DNA from: Histomonas meleagridis 2922-C6/04-290x
Taxonomy: Eukaryota > Protista > Parabasalia
NCBI GenBank assembly: GCA_020184695.1
Contig: JAANOX010000030.1
Coordinates: 62,001 to 126,000, forward strand
Direction: 5' to 3'
Length of the DNA: 64,000 nucleotides
A program made the position numbers and the translations under genes. The notes beneath the pieces were generated by a model that saw nothing but the letters and a program-made list of their open reading frames with translations, ran no database searches and was not told the origin of the DNA. This document shows positions 55,350-64,000 of the stretch, in pieces (positions within the stretch are counted from its first letter, which is position 1; each line of letters begins with the position of its first letter).

Positions 55350-57467
55350 TTATTCCGCCTTTTCTTCCTTAGTACACTCGTCGTACTTATCCAAGAAGTA
55401 ATAAGTGTACAGAAACAGGTTCGGAAACAGTCCGTGGAAGTACGCGAAGAATTTCTCGTCGTCGTCCTTCTTCCCTATTGACCTTTCCTTCTCCTCGTCA
55501 GAGAGCGAGTCCGGCGGGTGCTCGTGCTTGTTTCTGATCAGCCGAATCAAGTCGCACAACGAATCGCCGCTATACACAACTCGCTGCGAGGCGTCAGAAA
55601 GCAAAAAAATGTCGATTTTCTGTGTCCACCAGCCGCCGACAATGTCATGGAACGCACTTTCGAACAGTTTGGCGCAGTTACTGTCGGGCTTATGCAAAAA
55701 GTCCGAAGCACGTTTATAAATGTCAATTTTTTGCTTGGGTGTGAAAAATAGAGGATGATGAAGGATCTCTGTCGGAGTGGGAACTTCATCGTCATCGTCA
55801 TTAAGCATCTCGCTTAATAAATCAGATAAAAAACAATCTTGGATATCATGATGTAAGACATCAAGAATGATGTGGGCAAGACTACGGATGTCATTGGCTT
55901 GATCACTATGGTCTGTGGTCTTCTTAAATGTAGTTTGATATCCACCTAATAATAATGACGAATTTTGGATATAAATGTGTTCTTGTCTAATAGAACCATG
56001 AGTAAACCCATTTTTGAAGAGAACTTGAAGAATCTCACAAACAGATTTCAAAAATGTTATTGGATTAAATGAATTGGAATCAAAGCTATAGCGTACAAAA
56101 GTTTGGTAGGCAATGATTACTTCATTATCAAGCTCATCAATAGCCTTAATCTTCGGGATACCATTGATGAGACTTATTTCTTGGATAAGGGTTGTATCAC
56201 ATTTAGGAAGATGTATTAACGCGCACTCTGTGTTATTGAAAATACCCTTATTGATGTCATTAGGGTCAATTTGGATTAGATATGACTTTTGCTTTAAGTG
56301 GTTATAACTGATTTTAATGAATTGTAAAGTTATGAAAATTATGAACAAACACAAACCGATTGAAATGTATTGAATTCTATTGAATCTAGGAATGTAAGCA
56401 AAAGTGAACGCTCCATCCATTATATTTGCAGGACGAAATGGATCGATGTTATTACTAAGTGGTTTGAATTGGGCAAACGTGCGCTCAACATCTACAAAAC
56501 CTGGACCAAAAGTTTTTCGATCATCGAAATCATCATCAGATTTTTCATGTACTTTGCCTGGAAGTTGAGGAAGACCTGAAATAAGAAGTTCATATTTCGA
56601 TGGGATATGAAGAGGACGACTTGGAACAGCAATAAAAGAACTATATAATTCAAGGATTTGAATGTTGGATCGAGGAAATGGAAGTCCATTGTTTTTGACA
56701 CTGAAATCGAAGATACCATTGGACCCAAAGACAGAAGTCGGAAGGCCATTGATTTTGAGCTGTGATTTTACTGTTCCATTTATTGAAATGATAACAGCGC
56801 CATTAATAGTGGTGGTTACATTTACAAAGTTTTGTTGACTCCCTTTGTTTTCGCATTCACTGTAAATGTCAAATTCTGCAAACCGAACGATTTCAGATTC
56901 TGTATTAAAAACATTTAATTCATAGTCAACTCTTACAATACTTATCTCATCTTTGTCTGTAATTTGTATACTTTGCGCTGGGATGGTTGTGTTGGAACGA
57001 TATGAAGTAAGAACTTTTCCTTTAGAATCAAGAAAATATACTGATGTTGTTTTACCAGATGTAAAAACTTCACCAGTCTCAGTTCGAAAAGGTGAAAAAT
57101 AAACCAAGTCACGAATAGGAAGAGGTAATCTACGAAAACCATATTGATTATATGAAAATAAGTATCCGTCAAGAGAAGGAATAAAAGTTGATACACCACC
57201 TGAAGATGAAGAGCCATAAACATTCCCATCTGTTGATAAAGTCCATTTAACTTCTCCCGTTTCACTATCGATATAATGAATTGTTCCGTCAGCAGTTCCT
57301 AGAAAAACGCCACTGTCACATGATTTGCCAAACCACTCAATTGAAGTTCCTTGCTCAACAAGTGTCTCTGAGTCTGACCCTAAAGCCAGACCTATAAGCA
57401 AGGGCACAAGCATCATCAAACCGTAAATCTTTAAACGTATTCCTATGATCCGCGGCCATTTATGCAC
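55350..57467 (-). CDS. IRE1: IRE1-like ER stress sensor: luminal domain, TM, pseudokinase, KEN ribonuclease
   Basis: Luminal GTADGTIHYIDSETGEVKW, FIPSLDGYLF, LPIRDLVYFSPF, SGKTTSVYFLD; TM; KEN YSGDSLCDLIRLIRNKHEH and YFHGLFPNLF. Probable start at ATG 57416 (signal MMLVPLLIGLALG). Confidence 0.88.
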   Translation of the reverse strand: MHKWPRIIGIRLKIYGLMMLVPLLIGLALGSDSETLVEQGTSIEWFGKSCDSGVFLGTADGTIHYIDSETGEVKWTLSTDGNVYGSSSSGGVSTFIPSLDGYLFSYNQYGFRRLPLPIRDLVYFSPFRTETGEVFTSGKTTSVYFLDSKGKVLTSYRSNTTIPAQSIQITDKDEISIVRVDYELNVFNTESEIVRFAEFDIYSECENKGSQQNFVNVTTTINGAVIISINGTVKSQLKINGLPTSVFGSNGIFDFSVKNNGLPFPRSNIQILELYSSFIAVPSRPLHIPSKYELLISGLPQLPGKVHEKSDDDFDDRKTFGPGFVDVERTFAQFKPLSNNIDPFRPANIMDGAFTFAYIPRFNRIQYISIGLCLFIIFITLQFIKISYNHLKQKSYLIQIDPNDINKGIFNNTECALIHLPKCDTTLIQEISLINGIPKIKAIDELDNEVIIAYQTFVRYSFDSNSFNPITFLKSVCEILQVLFKNGFTHGSIRQEHIYIQNSSLLLGGYQTTFKKTTDHSDQANDIRSLAHIILDVLHHDIQDCFLSDLLSEMLNDDDDEVPTPTEILHHPLFFTPKQKIDIYKRASDFLHKPDSNCAKLFESAFHDIVGGWWTQKIDIFLLSDASQRVVYSGDSLCDLIRLIRNKHEHPPDSLSDEEKERSIGKKDDDEKFFAYFHGLFPNLFLYTYYFLDKYDECTKEEKAE

Positions 57468-57609
57468 TTTTTTTGTAAACTAAATGAGATTCAATTTTAA
57501 TCTTTTTGTACCATCAATTTCAAAAAATAAAAAACATTTCCTTTTTCGAAAATTAAAGTAAGCATAACCGATATTATAAGTAATGATATGAGTGAATGTT
57601 ATGTTTATT

Positions 57610-57864
57610 TTATGCACGATATACGTTTTGAAGTAATCCTTTCTCTGTTGCAATACGGTTGAGAGCATTGTCAGCTTCTCCAAGATTGCGAAGATATCCA
57701 GAGAAAACAACTGTTTCGAATTCACCTGTTGGAAGACCTTCATCATTGAGTTTAGCAATTCTGAATTGAACAGACGCATGATCGTGTGGTGGGATAAGAC
57801 GATGTGTGGCATCACACTTGCGTGGAATTAGTCTATCAACAACTTCACCTTTTTCGTTTTGCAT
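57610..57864 (-). CDS. RPS21: 40S ribosomal protein S21 (eS21)
   Basis: MQNEKGEVVDRLIPRKCDATHRLIPPHDHASVQ...SGYLRNLGEADNALNRIA. Confidence 0.96.
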   Translation of the reverse strand: MQNEKGEVVDRLIPRKCDATHRLIPPHDHASVQFRIAKLNDEGLPTGEFETVVFSGYLRNLGEADNALNRIATEKGLLQNVYRA

Positions 57865-57866
57865 CA

Positions 57867-57919
57867 AAAGGCCAACAATAACCGTCATCGCATTGAATTT
57901 TATGCAATATTTAACGGTC
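57867..57919 (-). promoter_or_regulatory. RPS21 core promoter: M5 (CCTTT) plus two M3-like elements
   Basis: Minus strand: CCTTT at 57871-57867, GACGGTTA at 57886-57879, GACCGTTA at 57919-57912. Confidence 0.6.
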
Positions 57920-58139
57920 GCTATATCCCCTTCTTTTGTCCATTTATCAACTATTTCGATTTTTTACAAAAAACTCCACATGCTATTTTAAAATTTGATG
58001 ACATTAAATAAAATTTATATAATATAATGTTTATTTATTCATTAATCTTCCATTTTCTATAATATGTTTTTCAATTGTTCAAATAAATTGATAAAAGATT
58101 AATTTGATTTTATTATGTTAAGGAAAAATACGAATATTA

Positions 58140-58350
58140 ATTAAATAAACTTTAAACAAAAAAATATTTATCTTTTGCATTAATTTCAATTCTTTTTTGC
58201 TTTAATATAAATATAGAACATGTTTTATATTTCCTGATCATGCTGACAAAACTAAAATATCTCTTGGTCCAAGATTCTTGGGATAGGATTTTCTTTAATC
58301 AAGTATTTTGTAAGAAAAAATATATTTCCTTTTTTCGGCTAGTTGATGCC
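58140..58350 (-). pseudogene. Degraded remnant of another DUF3447/ankyrin paralog
   Basis: KKGNIFFLTKYLIKE..SGNIKHV..KRIEINAKD with stops/frameshifts, followed by the start of an interruption-like sequence. Confidence 0.55.
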
Positions 58351-58465
58351 CAATAATATATATATATAAAATTAATTTAATGATACTTTATTTAAGATTT
58401 GCATGATAAAATTTGAATAAATTATGGGTGTTTCAAGCTTTGTAATTAAGCGCTTAATAACTATT

Positions 58466-60315
58466 TCAAGCATAGATATCTATTTCTTCTTGTTCAGAAA
58501 GTAATGTAACTATTTCTGTATTATTATGAGAAAATGCCCATATAAGTGCTGTTGCAAATAACTCAAACAATTTCCAAATATTATTTTGAAATATCAAATT
58601 ATTAAAATGAATTTTAAACAAAATAATAAAATACTTTTAGCATTGATATCAATTCCTTTTTGTTTTAGAAGTAATTTAACGATTTCTATATGACCATTTT
58701 GTGATGCCCATATAAGTGCTGTTTTAAATAATTTGAATATTTTCCAAATATTATTTTGAAACATAGAATGATTCAAAAAAAATATAAAATAAAAAGAATA
58801 AATATCTTTGGCATTAATATCAATTCCTTTTTGTTCAAGAAGTAATTTAACTATTTCTATATGACCATTTGAAGATACTTCCATTAGTGTTGTTTTAAAT
58901 AATTTATATAATTTTCAAATATTATTTTAAAATTCTAGATTATAAGAATGAATATTAATTAAAACGAATTAATATTTTTAGCATTAATATCAATTCCTTT
59001 TTGTTTTAGAAGTAATTTAACAATTTCTATATAACCATATCTAGATGCTATCATAAGTGCTGTCCAAAATAATTTAAGTTATTTCCAAATATTGTTTTGA
59101 AATATCAAATAACTAAGATAAACATTAAACAAAACATATAAATATCTTTATCATTAATATCAATTCCTTTTTGTTGAAGAAGTAATTGAACAATATTTAT
59201 ATAGGCACCATGAGACGCAACTATAAGTGATGTGCTAAATATATTATTTAATTTCCGAATAACTTTTAAAAATATTAAATTAGAAAAATAAATGTTAAAT
59301 AAAACAAATCAATATCTTTAACGTTAACATCAATACTTTCTTGTTCAAGAAGTAATTTAACTATTTCAATTTTATCATTTTGAGATGCCAAAATAAGTGC
59401 TGTGTTAAATAATTTAAATAATTTCCAAATATTGTTTAAAAAAATCAATTTATAGAAATAAATATTAAACATAAAAAATCAATATTTTTAATATTAGTGT
59501 CGGTACCTTCTTGTTCAAGAAGTATTCTAACAGTTTCTGTATGATCATTAGAAGATGCCCATATAAGTGCTGCGTTAAATTTTTTAAATAATTTCCGAAT
59601 ATTATTTTAAAATATCAAATTATTAAAATATTTTTTATTTTTAGCATTAATATCAATTCCTTTTTGTTTTAGAAGTAATTTAACAACTTCTATATGACCA
59701 TTTTGTGATGCTATCATAAGTGCTGTCCAAAATAATTTAAGTTATTTCCAAATATTATTTTGAAATATAAAATTGTTAAAATAAATATTAAATAAAACAA
59801 AGAAATATTTTTAACATTAATATCAATTCCTTCTTGTTCAAGAAGTAATTTAACTATTTCTGTGTTCCCAATAAAAGATGAGCAAATAAGTGTTGTCCAA
59901 AATAATATATATAATTTTCAAAAATTATTTTGAAATCCAAAATTATTAAAATAAATATTAAATAAAACAAATAAATATTTTTGGCATTAATATCAATTCC
60001 TTCTTGTTTAAGAAGTAATTCAACTATATTCGTATGATTCATTCGAGATGCAATCATTAGTGCTGTCCAAAATAATATAAATAATTTCCAAACATTATTT
60101 TGAAATATTAAATTATTAAAATAAATATCAAATCAAACAAATAAATACCTTTAGCATTAACATCAATTCCTTCTTGTTCAAGAAGTAATTTAACTATTTC
60201 TATATGACCATTTCTAGATGCTTCTGTAAGTGCTGTTCTAAATATTTCAAACAATTTCCAAATATTATTTTTACATGTTAGGTTAATACAAAAATAATAT
60301 ATAAAATTAAGAAAT
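58466..60315 (-). repeat. About 170-bp tandem array: ankyrin exon plus intron-like interruption (11 interruptions, locus C)
   Basis: Gap lengths in transcription order: 79, 80, 80, 80, 63, 80, 80, 80, 80, 81, 80 nt. Confidence 0.92.
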
Positions 60316-61608
60316 ATTTTTAGCATTAATATCAGCTCCATGTTCAAGAATAAATTTAACAAGCTCAATATTTCCTGAAACCGAAGAAAAAATGAATATA
60401 TCGTTTTGAAACTTGTTATTTTGGATAAAATACTTAACAAGATATAAGTTACCATCTTCTGCTGATTTATTAATATCATTGTCATTAATTTTCATGAAAT
60501 TCTCTTCCAAATATGAAAGAATTTCAAAATTTCCACTGATAATACAAAAACAACCTAAATTTTCATGTAGTTTTGCTTTGAAATATTGTTGACGTAATAT
60601 ACGGATTAATTGAGTATCACTTTCAACAATTGGTAAAGATGGTTGATAATTTTCATAAAAATATTTAAAGATATCATTTCGATGGAATTCAATTGCTGTT
60701 TCATATACACTTTTAAATGATGAATGATTTTGTTCACATAAATGAATGATTTCTTTATTTCCACCTGCAATCGCATAATTACTTGTGTTATATATATGAG
60801 CACCATTTAATAATAAATATTTAAAACATTCAACTGCTCCAAAAAATGCTGCGTAATCAATTAATGTAACACCTAATTGATTAATAAATGAATATCTTTC
60901 ATAAAGTTATGGTCCAATTTTTTGATTAAAATCAAAATTTGTTTGTGATGAAATTTCTTGAAGTTTTTCTATTTCATCATTTCGAATTATTTTTGCAATT
61001 TCATTTGGATTAACTCCTTCTTTAACATATTTCTTATGAAGTTCCCAATCATTCTTTGAAAGTTCTTCATAATTTTCTAAAAAAGCTGTTGTTAATGGAT
61101 CATTAACATCTTCGTTATCATAATATATCGTGATTAGCTTATCAAGATCATCTTTACTGTTAATTGATTTATGATGAACAAAATATAACGATTCGAAAGT
61201 AAAGGTTATTTTTGAATCAATTAAATTTTGTTCAATCATTTTTTCGATAAGATAATTTGATTCTTGTGTTTTACGTCTACATAAATATTTACCAAAGAAA
61301 TCTATAATTTTTGGTATATTATTATTAATTTCTATTTCTTTTGTTTGAATCATTTTTAAATAATTGAAATATAAATCACATATTTTATTTTGTGAAAAAG
61401 ATAAATTATAAACTAAGTTACATATAACATTATTAAATGAATATGGGAAATTAGAATCAAATAATTCCATTGTCTTCTCAACTGATGATTCAATATTTTT
61501 TTCATTTAGATTACGAATTATTTTCTGAAGTGTAACAAGAAATTCTTTGTCTGTCGATTTATTAATGGATTCTTTTTTGAATGAATCAGAACCTATTTTG
61601 GGAATCAT
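58466..61608 (-). CDS. DUF3447/ankyrin-repeat protein, locus C, interrupted gene model (first exon plus 11 repeat exons) with one in-frame TAA
   Basis: ATG 61608. Frame continues through TAA 60909-60907 (paralogs have Ser) to about 60316, then 11 stop-free repeat exons starting at 60236, 60066, 59896, 59726, 59573, 59403, 59233, 59063, 58893, 58722 and 58552; TGA at 58468-58466. Confidence 0.65.
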
Positions 61609-62563
61609 CTTTACCAAATAGATCAAACGATACGTGAATTTAATGACTGGAGCACGTTAAATTCATTTTATTTAGGTGAAAAAAAAAGGAAATTTTAATT
61701 CAAGGAGTGACAAAATGATATTTAATATAAAAAAATGGAAAGCAAGATTTCAAATTCTGATTATGCAGTTCCAATGATTGATGAAATTTTTAATGGGAAT
61801 TACGTTAGAAAACTTACAGCTGTTTACTAAATAAATCATTTTAAATTAAAGATTTAACATTATTTCTACATTTATTAAATCATTTTTTATATTCTGATAT
61901 CATTATTAATAATTCGAATCTCATTCTATAGAAATGCTTCATAATAAAAAGACATTCAAATGAATCCTTTTCTTTAAAAAACAATTATTTACTAAATCTT
62001 TCAAAATGTATAATTAATAAAATTCAATATAGATTTTGTGGATATTAATTAATTTCATAGATATTATTGCCCGTTCGGAGTCCCTTAGTTTTCTGACCCA
62101 TCTTAGATTATTTTTTTCGTACATATCTCTCAACTTTATAAAGTTTTACGAAATCACTATAACTAATTAATGCTTTAAGACTCAGAATATGAACAGTATA
62201 TTAATTTGTCAGAAAAATAATTGGATTATTTAATAAATATATATATTTCAAACGATTTAATTTTTTGATTAGCTAAATTTTTTTAACAATATTGTTGAAA
62301 GCAAATGCTTTTGTGGGGGCATGGTTGGTTGAAATTATATATTTTTAGTGCACACACGAATTGTTAATAAATATAGAAATCATTTTTATCTTGACCCAAT
62401 TCTGTTCTAGTTCAATTGTTTAAATCAAGATGCTATTAAACCATTGAAATAAGTTAATATGACGATTTCCATTATGTTGTCATATGACTTTCGAAGTTTT
62501 TTATAATTTTTTTCACAATATTTAAAAACAAAAACTAATTCTAAACACAATTTACAAAACAAG

Positions 62564-64000
62564 TTAAGACTTTTCTGAATAAGATTCCATTATCGGTGTT
62601 ACATACGCCGGGTATCCAACGGGCAAATTACAGCTTTGATTTGTCAAATTCCTTAAACTTTGCACATTAAATTGGATTGAGTTTCTTTCTCTTGAAGAGT
62701 TAGCGAAGAACAACAAACTTCTAATTTCGTTTGCCCAAAATCCTCTAATGCATTCGCTTTCCATTTGGAAGAAAGACCATTCTGTTATCGAGTTACTTAA
62801 TCTTACAACTGATACTATATCTTGATCATATACCATTGTTATTACTGATTTTTTACCTTCTTTTAAAACGCTTTCTAATTCTTCTGATCTTAAAGGTAAT
62901 GCAATATATTTATCATAAATTTCATTAAAGAAGTTAAACAATTCTTCATTATCATTTGAAGTTGGTTCAAGTCCAACACTTATCATTAATAACGAAGCAA
63001 TTGAAAACCTAAAACAAGGACAAATGATATTCTCTTCAATGATACCATTCATATTAATTTCGATTTTACCTTCAAACAATTCGAAACATTTCTCTGGTAT
63101 GAAATTCCCAGTCCTATTAACAATTACAGTATGGATAAAATGAATAACAATCCACATACGTTGTAATAACTTCGGACAAAATTCTAACCCGAAATTTTCG
63201 GCAATACATTTTATGAACTTTAAATGTGTTTGTGAGAATTTCGGTATAATATTTTGAAGATAATTATCATTCTCTTCTTCTTCAGAGTTAATAATATTCG
63301 GATTCTCTGAGATGATCTTTAAGACACTATAAACAAGTGACTTAAGTTCCCAACTTAATGCTGAGCGACCTAATGGTGGTAAAACAGTATCTTGAAATCC
63401 AAATGTTGAAATACCAACCATTTCAATTGGCTTATTATATATTCGAAGCTCATACATACTAAAATTAGATGTTAACGCAAGATGTATATTACCGAAATTT
63501 TGATATTCTAATATAATCTTTTGTAATGTTGATATTTCATTATCATGACAAAGTGTTTGTTCTATATATTCTAAGCCACGTAATTGAAATGATATTTTAT
63601 TAGCTTCAATAGATATTATATGTAATATCGCTGCAAATTCACCAGAAATCATTAAAAAAAATGAATCATCTGTAACTAAACCTAATTCGCCATCTTTGAT
63701 CATTTTCCCTAAATTCATTTGAAGCTTTTCTGATAATGATAAATAAATTGGTGCTTCAAGTGGATGTTCTAAAGTTGATTGATTTAATGTTTTATTATTA
63801 TTACCATTATCATTATCATTTTGTTGTTCTTCTTCTGATGCTAAATGATCATAAAATAAATTCGGCTTTGGCGGACAAAATGTAAATAACATTTGATAAC
63901 CCGATAAAATTAACATTGGAGAACCAGTAAAGAAACTCCATAAAAATGATAAAAATGATAACGCTGAAAATGGTTGTACTATATTACAGATGAAATAACA
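62564..64000 (-). CDS. Pecanex-like protein, C-terminal part (5' end beyond window)
   Basis: DGELG...AILHIISI...SFQLRGLEY..TLCHDNEI and WANEIRSLLFF..RERNSIQFNVQSLRNLTNQSCNLPVGYPAYVTP match the Pecanex_C motifs as recalled. Frame is open to position 64000. Confidence 0.85.
   Translation of the reverse strand, partial: CYFICNIVQPFSALSFLSFLWSFFTGSPMLILSGYQMLFTFCPPKPNLFYDHLASEEEQQNDNDNGNNNKTLNQSTLEHPLEAPIYLSLSEKLQMNLGKMIKDGELGLVTDDSFFLMISGEFAAILHIISIEANKISFQLRGLEYIEQTLCHDNEISTLQKIILEYQNFGNIHLALTSNFSMYELRIYNKPIEMVGISTFGFQDTVLPPLGRSALSWELKSLVYSVLKIISENPNIINSEEEENDNYLQNIIPKFSQTHLKFIKCIAENFGLEFCPKLLQRMWIVIHFIHTVIVNRTGNFIPEKCFELFEGKIEINMNGIIEENIICPCFRFSIASLLMISVGLEPTSNDNEELFNFFNEIYDKYIALPLRSEELESVLKEGKKSVITMVYDQDIVSVVRLSNSITEWSFFQMESECIRGFWANEIRSLLFFANSSRERNSIQFNVQSLRNLTNQSCNLPVGYPAYVTPIMESYSEKS

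Noticed and set aside
14160-56749. Numerous short antisense or alternate-frame ORFs overlapping long genes (e.g. 14160-14426, 17343-17798, 30165-30470, 48611-48937, 55405-55719)
   Set aside because: Shadows of real genes on the other strand or frame; no independent motifs.
58723-58803. U12-type AT-AC introns
   Set aside because: No RTATCCTT donor or TCCTTAAC branch consensus in any copy.
1-64000. Stop-codon reassignment explaining the broken ankyrin ORFs
   Set aside because: TAA, TAG and TGA all terminate conserved genes here (kinesin TAA, Spt5 TAG, NF1-like TGA), and most gaps are non-triplet.

Overview
Very AT-rich, gene-dense eukaryotic DNA. It is inferred to come from a parabasalid (Tritrichomonas/Trichomonas-like), based on BspA and DUF3447-ankyrin families, M5 (CCTTT)/M3/Inr-like core promoter motifs and intronless housekeeping genes. 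Ordinary genes: kinesin-9, R2R3-Myb, neurofibromin-like, Spt5, KynB-type cyclase, TBC RabGAP, CAND1, IFT74, atypical Ras, BspA, RPL26, L-type lectin, Bre1-like RING, tRNA-Thr(CGT), CEPT, DOCK-like GEF, IRE1, RPS21 and pecanex (cut by the window edge). Several gene-fragment graveyards are also present. The standout observation is four ankyrin-repeat loci (3.1-5.2, 39.3-42.7, 43.2-44.0, 58.5-61.6 kb) plus one solo unit (26.2 kb). In these, almost every ankyrin repeat is interrupted at the same beta-hairpin position by a conserved, very AT-rich segment. It is usually 80 nt from the end of the K-D codons to the T-A-L codons, so about 68 nt must be removed to leave the normal 4-residue linker. These segments break the frame and/or contain stops, and most lack GT-AG or AT-AC ends. 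They carry a G at a fixed -23 position in 33 of 34 copies, while the flanking repeat exons stay intact. This looks like a family of non-canonical intron-like (or recoding) elements. RNA data are needed to confirm it.
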